Assembly (NCBI RefSeq): GCF_009834535.1
Contig: NC_045696.1
Coordinates: 10,108,001-10,172,000 of the forward strand
From: Camelus ferus
Lineage: Eukaryota
Length of the DNA stretch: 64,000 bases
Direction of reading: 5' to 3'
Positions 12,461 through 24,545 of this stretch are shown here, piece after piece. Each line of letters begins with the position of its first letter. Positions within the stretch are counted from its first letter, which is position 1. The notes under the pieces are model-generated. The model saw nothing but the letters and a program-made list of their open reading frames with translations, ran no database searches and was not told where the DNA came from. Both the position numbers and the translations under genes were made by a program.

Positions 12461-14879
12461 CACTAGAAGATCACAACTGTCTTTTGCAACTTTAATGCCT
12501 GACTCTAAATCCTAAGACAAGGTTGTGAAACGTTAAGTTAGATCAGCAACAGCAAAGACAGTAGCTTAGCATAACAGGACATCATAAAATCAAGCTGTGT
12601 GTGCACGGAACCATCCTGTAGGAGCCTATGTGCATGAAAGGAGTACCGGCTTATAAGGAAACATTATGGGGATAAACAGAAATCTCAAGTTCACAGACCT
12701 TACAGTGGGCATCCGTGTTTGGGTAGGGAAGCGTGAATGAAAAGGACAGAGATAATTCAGTGAAGTTAATGCTTTCGTCCAAAATGACCAGGCCTTTAGC
12801 TTTTGTGATTAATATATGAATAACTAAATAACCCATTCACTGTTTCAGAATGCAAGGAGCTAATACAATACCTCTTCTCAGAGGAAAAGCAGTAACAGCC
12901 TTACCAGAATTCTAGAATTGCTTATGTAACTTTGATTAAAGAGTATCTCCTTCTCTCTTTTGTAAGAGTGTCTCTTTTAAGAGCACACAACAGCATACAC
13001 ATCAAGCTGTGGAGGAACAAGGGGGTGCCCACCTAAGCAGGTGTATCAGCTAAATAAACCCAGGTAATCAGTGGGGTAAATTGTGCCCCTGAGAGATTAG
13101 CATCACTTCCCACAGTGAATAGGCTCACATTACATGCTCAGAGGTTCTCACTTCCCTCTCTTGGGACCAATCCATGGCATTCTTACGCCTAACAACATAT
13201 TCTTGCAGACGCAGCCAGAATCTGATGGCATTCACAAGAATTAAAGTAAAAATTTCACTTGTGCCTCTTTACATTCCAACTTTCTTGTCATTCTTCTTAT
13301 TCTTAAGCTGAATGAGTAACTGCTTTGGGGGTTGAGGATTCATACAATTATTTTCATAGTTGTGCCTGTAACAATAATCTTTGTATTTCATCTATCTCAA
13401 CAAATGAAAATGAAATTCCCAGCTTAAATTCTTTCCAGGGCAAAACAGTAATAAGTATAGAGATAAACAGTAGCCAAAGTCTGCTCTTTCTAGTATGTTT
13501 CAAATTTTATTTTCTGCCTCAGAGATTAAAAGTTTTAAATATCCAAGTGACTTTGGGATACAGGTGTTACACTTCAGTCATAAAACACACGTCCTACCAA
13601 GAAAAGAGACTTTCTGCATAAATGTTGCATCTGAATACTATTTTAAGTAACTCACAGCAAACACCAACAATGCTTTGAAGAAACGTTTTCAGATTCACTG
13701 ACAATATAGGTCTGGGTTTGTATGATGCACTGGTGTCAAATCACATTAAACTGTACTTAAAACTATACCGCTGAATATTCCTTCAGTGCCCAAATGAGCT
13801 CGCCTGGTTTTTCATGTTGTGCTTAAGAGTGACAGCTACTCCTTTAGCAGAGTGAGCAAAACATATAGAGAACTTGCGGATACTCATAATTCACCGTTTC
13901 CAATACAAATACATGCTTGTTTGCGATTACTGCTAAGACTCTTTCCTAGGACAGGGCTCAAGATTAGATCAAAACCCTTCAAAAAATTTCATCCAATCCG
14001 GACATTTGTAAACAAGGATGAATTTTTCTTTTAGAAGTAAAAATTGCAATTGTAAGTGATAGCAAAAAAAAAAAAAAGTAAGAATCAGAAATTAAAAGTG
14101 TTTTGTGTTAAGTATCAGTGCTTCTCCATCCCAGGAAAATTAACCCATTCTCCACCCCCCCTTCATATTTGTTAAAAAGCAGTTATATTTCCCCGCCTTT
14201 TACATTTAATGTTCATACCAGAGGTCCCTATTTTCCTTTATTAAAAGTATGCTTTTCTTTATAACTTTCTAATCAATGTTAAGTGTTTAACCCCTTATTA
14301 GAAAGATTTCTGGATTAATATCATGAAATCCTTTGTATGCCTCAGATGTAGACAACAGAACCTTTTTTTAAAAATCCTTAGAGACCATATAACATAATTC
14401 TGGCCTTTTATACATAAAGAAATAAGATCCAAACAGGTAAAGTGACCTCCAGCTGGTTAGTGGCAAAGCCGAGTTCCAAAAAACCTTTAATTCTGTATTA
14501 CTGCTGATTCTTTGTAGGCAATTTCAAGTTCACCTACAAAGTTGAACTTCAGAAAGTGAACCAGTCCTTGTTGACAGCAGGGTTTCTTCGCTAGTGCTTG
14601 GATTTGCACACTAGTGGCATTTGGTGTGCTGAAGGATCCTTGGTCTAGGTTCTATTCACCAAGAAGCACTGGGGCAAAAGCCTGAGGCACTGGAAAGTAG
14701 AGAAACTACAGCCTTACCAGTAAATAAGAAGTTGAGATAAGAGGGACAATGAAAAATCCTATTTAGAAAAAAAGTAAACAGATAGAGACATTTGGAAACT
14801 CTTTGGCCCAACAGCTAGAAACAAAGTGCATTCAGAACAGAGATCATATTTCATTCAATTAATTCTTATTTGTAAGTAC

Positions 14880-14980
14880 CTGTTAAGTGTCCACTCATGG
14901 ATTTGTCATGACTATTGAATAACTGTCTGTATTTCAGTCTGGAAGACTGGGGAACGGCCCACTCTGCGGCTGGAGGGACG
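14880..14980 (-). CDS. ITSN1: ITSN1 exon 8 (101 nt), [33 protein letters not shown], start of EH2
   Basis: Long pyrimidine tract with ccacag acceptor; weak donor CAG|gtactt; in frame. Confidence 0.96.
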
Positions 14981-16353
14981 CTGTGGGGAAAGCAGGAAGG
15001 AGAGGGAAAAAGGATGAACAGTAAGGAATAACCTACGTTAAGTCCTTAAAAAACAGGAAACTAACAAGTCTCCAGAAAACGAGCTTTAGCATTTTATTCA
15101 CTATTTGATGACTATTTCTGAATTTTCTGTAATGGTTATTTCCATTTTTTAAGGTTATAAACCTTTCTCTTGAAACAAATAAGCTCATTATTTTTTCAGA
15201 AGCGAGGGTAAACACAAGAGACCAAGAGACTGTTTCAGGTTATATATACAATTTAATAATTTAAAGGTTCTACAAAAGTACGGAAAAGCTCCTTGGCACT
15301 GAGGTGATACAATAATGTCCAGGCCTTTCTAAACTTCTAGAACATTCCAAATCTTTTGGTCTGAAAAGCAATGCTAAAGGCAAACTGCCTTTAAAGATAT
15401 TAATTCTTTAAAATGTGTAACTTTTTATACACCAAGATACAGGATGTATTTCTTAATGAAAGGAAATTATTTCATTCTAGGAAGTTCAAATTCCCACAAA
15501 CAGAGTTTCCCAGAGAGCTGTCCCAACATGAAACCATTCCCGGGGCGGCGGCAAGTCAGCATCAGGGGCCCTGCTTCTGACAGTGGTCCAGGGCCGGCCT
15601 TTCCCCGCAGCGCCTCTGAGCCGAGGAAGCCCTGCTAGCAGTCAGTCTGGGTGCAGACCTCCTTAGTGATTAGTTTCTCAGATTAGTTCCCACACAGTAT
15701 CACCCGCTTGGTACCCAGGGCTTGTTAAGAGCCAGATAGATGTCTAAATCGGGCAATTTACACACGACAGGCTCAGTATGGCTGAGCTGACCGTAAAAAT
15801 GGCATTCCATTTCCAGGACAGAAGACAACTAACGCCCCATTTGCAATTTCCTTTCATTTCAACAAAAGTTTCTATTTCGAGCACGTTAAAGTAGAATTTT
15901 AATCATGAATTGAACTACTGGATTATCATTTATGTATGTTATCTATGCATTTATACTGACTATGTACACTTTTTAAAGCACAGAAATGGCTCCCAACACT
16001 TGAAAAGTACCTATATGAATTTACCGTTTCAATTTTAAAAGTTTCCTAATAAAAAAAGCACCGAGGTCCACTCTGCTGTGAATGCTTCTGCAACAACTCT
16101 CTCATTTTAAACTGTTTAGCCGATTCCAGCTCCTGTTTGTCAAGAAGCTAATTATCTCTCTCCTGCACCCCAGGAATGTAGGGTGTTACAAAGAAGGTGT
16201 CCAAGATTACACTTATCAAGTCATAGTTTTTTGCCAAATTCCTGAGCATTTACATAGACTTAAAAAAACTCATTAACCAAAAAGTTAGATGCCACATTAC
16301 AAAAACTTGCTAGAAATTTAAATTATTGAAAAGATAACTACCAAAATACCCAG

Positions 16354-17015
16354 TGTTTCTGTACCCAAGCAGAACTCTAGGGGGCCTTCCCAGGACAGAC
16401 GTCTCCCCACATGTCCTCTGCCTGCCTCTTGTTTGTAGAAAAGCCATCATCTCCCAGGACTCTGCTGAGTCACTAAAGCCTGGCTCAAGAATTAATGATT
16501 GAAAGGATATGATCGTGCAGTCACAAAAGTAGCAGTTCAACCAGAACTGGTAACAATTTAAATAGTAAATCAGCCACAGGGCAATCATAGAATCTTTAGT
16601 TCCTCCTTGAAGTACCTAGATAACAGTATCTGACATGCATTTCTTGAGTTGTTTTACAGAAGATAAAACTCCCACCAAATGGAAGGAGTTAACTACATGA
16701 TGACCATAAGCACGTAGTCCCCAGACAAGCTGGAGCCTAAGGATTGATAACACTAACCCCATGACACCACCCTGTCACCTCACCATCAATCAGAGAATTG
16801 TACACAAGCTGACCACACTCCCTGCAATCTCCCTTCCTCACTTTGCCTTTAAAAATGTTTCCCTGAAACCTAACAGGGAGCTGGAGTTTTCATTAGTGCT
16901 CCAGACTCCTCGTCTGGCACCTCACGATAAATGCTGCACTTTCCTTCACCACAGCCAGGTGGCAGTCGATTGGCCTTACTCCGTCTGAGCAAGTGGACCC
17001 AACATTTAAATAGCA
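16354..17015 (+). mobile_element. ERV1-class solo LTR (artiodactyl type)
   Basis: Starts TG (tgtttctgtacccaagcag); TATA-like ctttaaaaa at about 16847; U5-like aagtggaccca end. Confidence 0.75.
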
Positions 17016-17449
17016 TTAATGTTGCTAATACTGGTTGTTTATTCTTGCTAATGCCACAAATCAATTTTAGGACAGATTTCAAAATCACCTGTGAAAAGTC
17101 AGAGAACACTCAAAGTTCAACATGGTATGGGAGAAAGAATAAAAAAACATGGAATTTAGTGTTAGATGATTTCAATTTGATCTCAGCTCTGCTGTTTGGT
17201 AAGCTGTAAACCACGGGTGAGAAATATAACCTCTCTGGGTATCTACTCCCTCACAACTCTGAGACAGTCTCTACCACACAGGTGGTTGTGGGGGCTGACT
17301 GGGACCGATGTGGTGTCTGGCAAAGCAGATACCCGATAAATATTCCTGCATCTTAGCAGTAAAACCTTAATTAAATGGAACGAACACAAGTACCTATACA
17401 CTACAATTAACTGAAGTTTCTAGAGCAAATTTTAAGAATGTCTACCTTA

Positions 17450-17630
17450 AAACCAGAAAGACCTCAGTCCAACTCTTAGCTCTATCACTGATGAGTTATC
17501 CTGAGCAAGTCACTAACGGCCCCTGAGCTTCCTCCCCATCTATAACATAGAGAAAATAAGAGTCCTCTTATGGGGAAGAAGGTGAGCATTGAAGGAGTTA
17601 ATGTGCATAAAGCATTTGGCACAGTGCTTT
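17450..17630 (+). mobile_element. MIR SINE (similar MIR remnants near 14.4, 17.2, 25.2, 36.5, 41.2, 45.2 and 52.6 kb)
   Basis: MIR core ctgagcaagtcactaac...ctgagcttcctccccatctataa. Confidence 0.7.
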
Positions 17631-18500
17631 TCAGTTTATGGATGTTCTTTACATTATTTTTTTAAAGGTAATGAATGACTGAATTATATTCAACATGCTC
17701 GTCCCTTTAAAGTGGAAAAATGACTTGATTTACTTAGGAAAGATTTCTAATGAGGACTGAAACAAGAAAAGATGGAATCATCTTCATTTACATGACCTTT
17801 TCATTTGAAAAGCTTTGAGACAGCTTATGGAGACTTAATTTTTCATCTTAGTGCAGGAGTATGCAGGAGAAAAAAATTTAAATGAAAATGTGAAAGATGA
17901 AAGATAAGATGAAACCAAGATAACACAAAAATATGAAAGATAATGTGAAACCAAAATTGGCCAAAATATGAGCAAACAGGTCACGTAAGCTTTACCAAAA
18001 TAGCACCCCATACTTGATTAATAACAACTGCCCACTAACCTGAATGACACATTTCATAAAGAGTAATCTGAAGTTTTACTAATAACTGGCACAGACTCCA
18101 GAAGATTATCTGAGATAAAATTTAAATAAGGCTAATTTGGCTCTAATCTTCATATAAAAATTTTTATACACAAAAACTTTTAAAAGATTGACACAAAATA
18201 GTTAATTTGCTTTTCTCCCCTCATACCTACAGTTCTACTTTTTTAGTTTTAAACATTTACTACTGTCTATTTATTATCTTCTTTAAAAAAATCAACATGC
18301 AAAGCCTTTAAAGGAAAAGTCGTGTCTTTGTCTCTGTCATCTCTACAACACATAAATAAAACCTTGTAACATTATCCAGAATTAAGAAAATTAGTATTCT
18401 ATAACAGAAGATAAAAATATAGCTAATTCATTTTCAAACTTATGAGTCAATCAGGTAATTGCTTTAACCAAACTGCCCATTTAAAAACAAGCAAACTTAC

Positions 18501-18597
18501 CTAGCCACATCAAATGACTGTGCCTTCTGTAACTTAGTGTTTAACTGTGACCCTGGACCAGATCTACTAAAGGAAGAACTCTTTGGCAATGTGGCGG
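18501..18597 (-). CDS. ITSN1: ITSN1 exon 7 (97 nt), [31 protein letters not shown]
   Basis: Acceptor ttttacag, donor gtaagt; manual translation is in frame. Confidence 0.96.
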
Positions 18598-19417
18598 CTG
18601 TAAAAATAAATAAATGTTGAATGACTTTTAATTCTACAAAAATGAGGAACTTTTCCCTATTTACAAAAATTAAAATGCATAGTCATCAAATCTAACGCAG
18701 AAATTATTCCTCCCTTCTTACCATTCTGGACTCAAAAAGAGTTATTCCCTCCTGGCTTTCTGCCCTCCAGGCAAAACTGTTTTACTTGTTCCTTCTGAAA
18801 ATTACCTTACTAAGTAGTAACGTTTGCATCCATAAAATTTGACTCTTCATTAAACATTTAGTATCACATTTTACAGGATCTGTTCCAACAGTTAAAGAAA
18901 TAATAGCTCAAATAGAGAGATGGCACAGGAGGAGCTGAGGTATTAGGTCCAGATGTAAGAGCCAAGCAGTTACAGACTTGCAGTCTTGGCCAGATAACAT
19001 GTGACGCTGGGAGCGCCAGCTTAGGCATCTGAGTCTCATTCAGGCTGGTTAGCTGTGTGTCAGGGGAAAAACCCAGCCATATCCACATTCCCCTCAGCTT
19101 TGTCTATTATCTTCCAACATTCGCCATTAACCACTAAAGAAAACAAGACAGTGTGTGGATTCACTGATGCTGCCGGGAAAATAATCACAAGTACTTTCTC
19201 GGCTGCCATCACACCTGCAGTCATGGTCACCTATGAAAGATGAACTACATGTGACAAGAACATCATAAAACCAAGAGGTCCACTAAGATTCCTTGGCTGT
19301 AACTTAGAGACAGAGGTAATAAATCCAGGAGCCTAGGGAGAGTCAAATTTAAGGCTCAAACACACACTGTTATCGCTACTGAATTTACTCAGACATATTC
19401 AAAGTACCTAAAAACTT

Positions 19418-19536
19418 GGGGGGGCGGGTATAGCTCAGTGGAAGAGTGTGTGCTTAGCATGCACGAGGTCCTAGGTTCAATCCCCAGTACCTTCATTAAA
19501 AAAAATAATAAAAATTAAATACATTAAAAAAAAAAA
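19418..19536 (+). mobile_element. tRNA-Ala-derived SINE (Vic-1-like), copy 3
   Basis: gggcgggtatagctcagtggaagagtgtgtgcttagcatgcacgaggtcctaggttcaatccccagtacc followed by an A-tail. Confidence 0.92.
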
Positions 19537-20226
19537 CTCCATATTGATATGAATCCATTCAGATTTGCTAGACTAAGGCTATCTACATGTGTAGTTTATG
19601 TTTTATTTCAATTAAAGGGAAAAAGACTGAATAAAGTCTTGAGATGAAATGAACTAAACCAGGAACTTTTTAATCCTTTGTTCAATTAAGCCAGCATGTA
19701 ATACTATAACCTTAATATATTTAGTTATTCAATAGACTTCCTTCCTGCTCTGTGTCTGATTCACTCCACCTCCTCAAAAAAAAAAAGCAATGTTCTTTTT
19801 TTTTCCCCTCCCACATAATTCTACTCCTGAGGGACTGGCTTGTTTATCAGCAATCCATAGCAGCTGAAGAAAAGTAGTAACTGATACATGGAAATGAAAA
19901 ATGTTCAAATGCTGTTCAAACTTCAGCCGCTCTCATCAAGCCCTTAAAAGGAAATGATGCTTTTGGATTGGCTACAGAGTTCACCTTTGTGCACGATGGC
20001 ACCCAGAGGCGGCACCGTTTCATTCTCCTTTCCCTCTCTAATCGAGCACATCCTCAAAATGAGACATTACATGAAGAAGAAAACAAAAAAGATAATTTCT
20101 TCCGAATAAAATACCATTTAAATATAATCAGAAAGGGAAGACAGAAGGCTTCACAAAAAGGAAGAGTGAAATTGTGTGTAATTTTACATGTAAGAGTTCA
20201 GCCTGTGGTTTCAGCAGGTCACCTAC

Positions 20227-20406
20227 CAGGATGAGCAAACGCAGGCAGAGGCTGTATGACCGGGGGTGCCCCATTAGCCAGGGGGGGCACTGCTGCCGCA
20301 GGGACAGACGATACAAGGGGTGGAGACATTCCGACAACTGGAATGGAGCCCATTGGCACTGGAGCAACAGCGGTCAGCGGGGGCATGCTGGGGATACCGC
20401 CCATAC
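20227..20406 (-). CDS. ITSN1: ITSN1 exon 6 (180 nt), Pro-rich EH1-EH2 linker [10 protein letters not shown]...PLPAFAHP
   Basis: Acceptor ttcacag, donor gtaggt; ORF 20219..20467. Confidence 0.97.
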
Positions 20407-20958
20407 CTGTGAAGGGAAAAACCCCAACCAAGTTCGCATGGAACCACATTTCAGCATTCAATGACAATTAACCCAGGACTGCATGAAGAAGAAAATCACT
20501 TTCCAGTTGTAGTAGAGCCCCACTGAAAATCTAAATTCAGATTAGTCATTTTGAAGAGTACTAAAAATTCTCCAGGATCACATCAAGAGGGCTCAAGGCC
20601 CACCTTGAACAGGAATCTACTGGCTGAAGCTGAGGCCAGTAAGAAAAGTTAACTGCAGTGGACTGAAAGCCGCCATGGAGAATTCAGTTCATAGATTCAC
20701 AATGATATTTAAAATAAAAAAAAAAAATCCTAACTTGTCACCATGGGGGATCAATTTATTTTGAAAACTAGTGAGTGAATAAAGGGGGAAAATAAATCAA
20801 ACATTTATTCTGCCTTTCCTTTACATACTGAACCTCAGAGTAACCAAACGTTTGATGAAGTATCTCTTTATAGAAGTGAAGTATTCTAACCAAAAAAATG
20901 AAGAAATGATAGAACTAAAATAAATGTTTCCTTTCTTTTTTCTTTCTCTGTCTCAACT

Positions 20959-21825
20959 TGTGATATTGTGACATAATAAGACATATTATATCTGGTCTTT
21001 GTCCCCAGGTCGTGGTTCCTGACAGGTCTCCTAAAACCCTTTTAATTTCCTGACTGACAGGAACACCTTGGTCTCCGGTTCCTGACACAAGGGCTTCTGA
21101 GACCGCTGGAATCTCAGGAGTGGTAAGAAAGTCTTGAATGAGGTGAGTGGTGACTGGGGGACAATAAACAGCTACAGAATGGGAGCTGGTCACAGGAAAG
21201 ACCACGGCATGACTAGAGAGGGTTGGAACTTTCAGCCCCATCCCACCCACAACCTCCACAGATCTCAGGGGAGGGCAGAGAGGCTGCAGATGTAGCTAAT
21301 GAAAGGCTAATGATTTAATCAAGTGTGCCCATGTATGAAACTTCTATAAAACTCCTACACTACAAAGTCTGGACAGCTTCCAGGCTGGTGAATGCATCCA
21401 TGTGCTGGGAGGGTGGTGCACCCCCACTCCACAGAGACAGAGGCGCCTGCACTTTGGACCCTTCCAGACCTCACCCCGTCCACCTCTCCACCTGTCTGTT
21501 CCTCTGTATCCTTTATAATATCCTTTATAATAGACCAGCAAAGTAAGTAAATGTCTCCCTAAGTTTGTGAGCTGTTCTAGCAAATTACAGAAAGGGGGAA
21601 ACAGGTTTGCGGGAAACCTCTGACTTTGCAGTCAAGTCAGACAGAAGCATGGGTCCCCTGGGGCCCATTACTTGTGACTCAGGCCTGAAGTGAGGGCAGT
21701 CCTCTGGGACTGAGCCCTTACAATTGTGGAATCTGACACTGTGTCTGGAAGTTAGCGTCAGAATTGCATTTAATTATAAGGTACTAAGTTAGTGTCCAGA
21801 GAGCTGGAAAATTGGTTGGTGTGGT
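20959..21825 (+). mobile_element. MER21-like solo LTR
   Basis: Starts tgtgatattgtga; ggttcctgacac, gggactgagccctta and gtcagaattgcatt motifs. Confidence 0.8.
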
Positions 21826-21829
21826 TTTT

Positions 21830-22830
21830 CTGGACACAAAATTCTTGGCTGACTGTTTCCTTGAGAATCCTAAATATGTTACTCCATTTCCTCCTGGCAT
21901 GAAGCACTGCTGCAGAAAAGTCTGAAGGCCTTCTAATTTTCTTTCTCTTGCAAACCATGTGCTTTCTTTTTCTACGTGCCCGAATGATTTTTTTGTTTTA
22001 CTAGAACATAACTTAGTGCTGATCTCTCAGAATCAGTATTCTCAGGCACATGCTCTATTCTTTCAAATTTAGTTTCAAATCTTTTATTTTAAGAAAGCTG
22101 TCTTGAACCAGTTTTTAATCATTTGTTCTGTGCCCTGGCTTTGGTTTTCTTCTTCAGGGACCCCCACACACCATCTATTCACTTTTCTTTGCCTTCAATA
22201 TTTGCCACTTTTTCTCAGATCCCTTTTATCTCTTTTTTTCATTTCCTTTTAAAGTGTGAAATCTTCCTCTTTTTATCTTATGTTTCTCTTCAGACAGCCT
22301 CTCTTGTGTTGCTTCTGGTTCAGTCTTCATTTCTGAACTGACTTTTTCTTTTATGTCTCATTCTTTCCTGAGTGGTCACCTGATTTCTGAGGTTTTAAAA
22401 TTCTGATCTGTGTCCGTCTTTCATGACTTGTACCATTTTCTTGGTACCTTTCAGCCTGTTTTGAGAGAGCAGGTTACTGGTGTGCTCCCACTGTCCACAG
22501 CGGCGCTGCTCAGCCCTTCACTCTCTTCTTCTGATAATAACTCTGTGTGGGATTTGACCTTGCCTGGTACTGCCTGTCGTTCATTTGGATGAGAGCCCTG
22601 CTTCCTGGGATTTCCAGGTTCCGTTCTCCTCCCCCGCTTTGGTCTGAACCTTATTCTCCTTCTGTCTCTGTGTCGCTGCCCTGCTTAATTTTTATTCCAG
22701 GTCCCAGCCATTCCTCCTCGGTGTGGGATCCTGTCCCAAAAGGCAGACTTGTTGGGTCAGTTTTGAGAGTTTCCAGGGACCATACTGCTCCAGATTGTTC
22801 TCATCTTCTTATCTCAGGCACAATCACTGT
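21830..22830 (-). mobile_element. Old L1 remnant, antisense
   Basis: T-rich, with ttactccatttcctcctggca...gaaaagtctga L1M-like motif. Confidence 0.55.
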
Positions 22831-23468
22831 CACTATTTTTTAACATCATAATCTTTCCATTTTAAGTTACTTACTCATCTTAAATTGCCACTGCAAAGAC
22901 TATTATCCTTTTATCAACCAGACCGTTTTCTGAATGAATGAGTATTTTCTGAATACTTCCAAATAAACACACCTTCCAGAGTCCTCTGAGGCTCTGGGGT
23001 GGGCTGGACTTTTACATGCCATCCCTCCTCACTCTGCTAAGTCTCAGTTCTTGAAATTCTCCCATCTCCCCTCCACCGTTTTCCCCTCTGCTCTAAAACT
23101 GCAGGAGCACCTCCCATCCTTGGGCTGACACACTCCTTCAGCTTTGTCTCTCCCTTACACTTAAACTCGCCCTTCTTCCAAGCCCCCAGCAGGTTTTTGT
23201 CCTGACCACTCCAGAAAACTACTCATCAAGGTCAGACACAAGCTTGTCCTGTCAAACCCCATCACATGCCTACCCTGTTCTTACTCAATCCCTCAGAAGC
23301 AACTTCAACATCGGAGCATTCCCTCCTTGAAACACTTTTTCTTGGCTACTAGGACACCAGCCTCCTCCCACTTCACTCTGTTTCTGGCTTCTTCCCTTCT
23401 ACTAGACTTTTAAATGTCACAGATGGCCAGGGATGGTCCTAGGTCTTCAACCTGCTCTAGCTACACTT

Positions 23469-23775
23469 TGTCAACCTAGATAAAGAGGGAAACTGAGGCA
23501 AGCCTGCATTACCAGAAGTTGAGTTTATTCAGAAACAGCAGAAGGACTAAAATTCAGGACATGCAAACTGTAGCAAGCTACAGGTGAGTCCTCTGAGGCT
23601 TTGGGGTGGGCTGGACTTACGGGCAACAACGAGGGGAGAATGCAGTCAGAGTCCAAGCACTGGACTTGAGGAGGAGGAGAGGCTCTTGGTGGAAGTTCAT
23701 TGGTCATGGGATCAGTTTCAGTTTCCTGTAAATGACTGATCAGTCCCTCAGTCCTTAAGTTTCATTTTCCTGACG
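23469..23775 (-). mobile_element. Short ERV-type solo LTR inserted in L2 remnants (L2 about 23200-24860, + strand)
   Basis: Minus strand ends ...ctaggttgaCA with AATAAA (tttatt at 23524) about 55 nt upstream. Confidence 0.6.
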
Positions 23776-24380
23776 ACCCACGTGTGGGATTCTCCATGTT
23801 ATATCCTCTGCTTCAATGGAAAGACTGAAATCCTCTCACAACTTTCTAAGATATCCAGTCCCAGGGCTTTCAATGCCATCCACACTCAAACTCTCCCAGG
23901 GCTGACAGACCCCTCCTGAGTCGCAGACACAAAGATTCATCTGCCTCTTTAACATCTCCGCTTGGAAATGTACTAGGGCCCTCAAACTCAATACTGCCAA
24001 AATCTGATGTACTTTTCCTCCGCAATACAGGGTATCATGAATCCAACTCTACCTAACTTCCACGTGGATTATCACCACCCAGGATCTAAATCGCCTTATC
24101 TCTTGCCAGAGGCAAAAAGCCTCCTCTCTGATTTCCCTGATTCTACCATCATCTCCCTGTGGTACCCTCCCCCCACCCCCGCAATCCAGTCTTCAGATAA
24201 CACAGATTATTTTTCCTAAGTGTCTTTCAACCACGTGACATCCCTGGTTAAAAGCTTTCAATTGCATTTAGAAAAAAAAATGCTAACTCCTTAGTGGTTT
24301 TATCAGGTCCCAAGCCATCTGGCTCCTGCCTTACCACCTGACCTTAAGGCCTAAGGATACTCCAGCTACAGGGCTCTCTC

Positions 24381-24545
24381 TTTTTTTAACGTATCTTTTT
24401 TTTTTTTTTTTTGCTTCTTTTGGGAGGGGTAATTAGTTTTATTTATTTGCTTATTTATTTATTTTTGATGGCGATACTGGGGATCTAACCCAGGACTTCA
24501 TGCATACTAAGCACACGCTCTACTCCTGAGCTACACTCTCCCCCC
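24381..24545 (-). mobile_element. tRNA-Ala-derived SINE (Vic-1-like), copy 4
   Basis: Reverse-complement tRNA head, T-runs, TSD ggctctc(t/a)c. Confidence 0.9.

Noticed and set aside
15530..15640. GC-rich patch with a partial RE1/REST-like motif
   Set aside because: Too many mismatches to the RE1 consensus and too short for a CpG island.
19418..19495. Apparent tRNA-Ala(AGC) genes (nine tRNA-like heads)
   Set aside because: All have A-rich tails, most have TSDs, and all carry stem-breaking substitutions; they are SINE copies, not tRNA genes.
20128..20471. Overlapping ORFs at exon 6
   Set aside because: These are antisense or off-frame shadows of a GC-rich exon.
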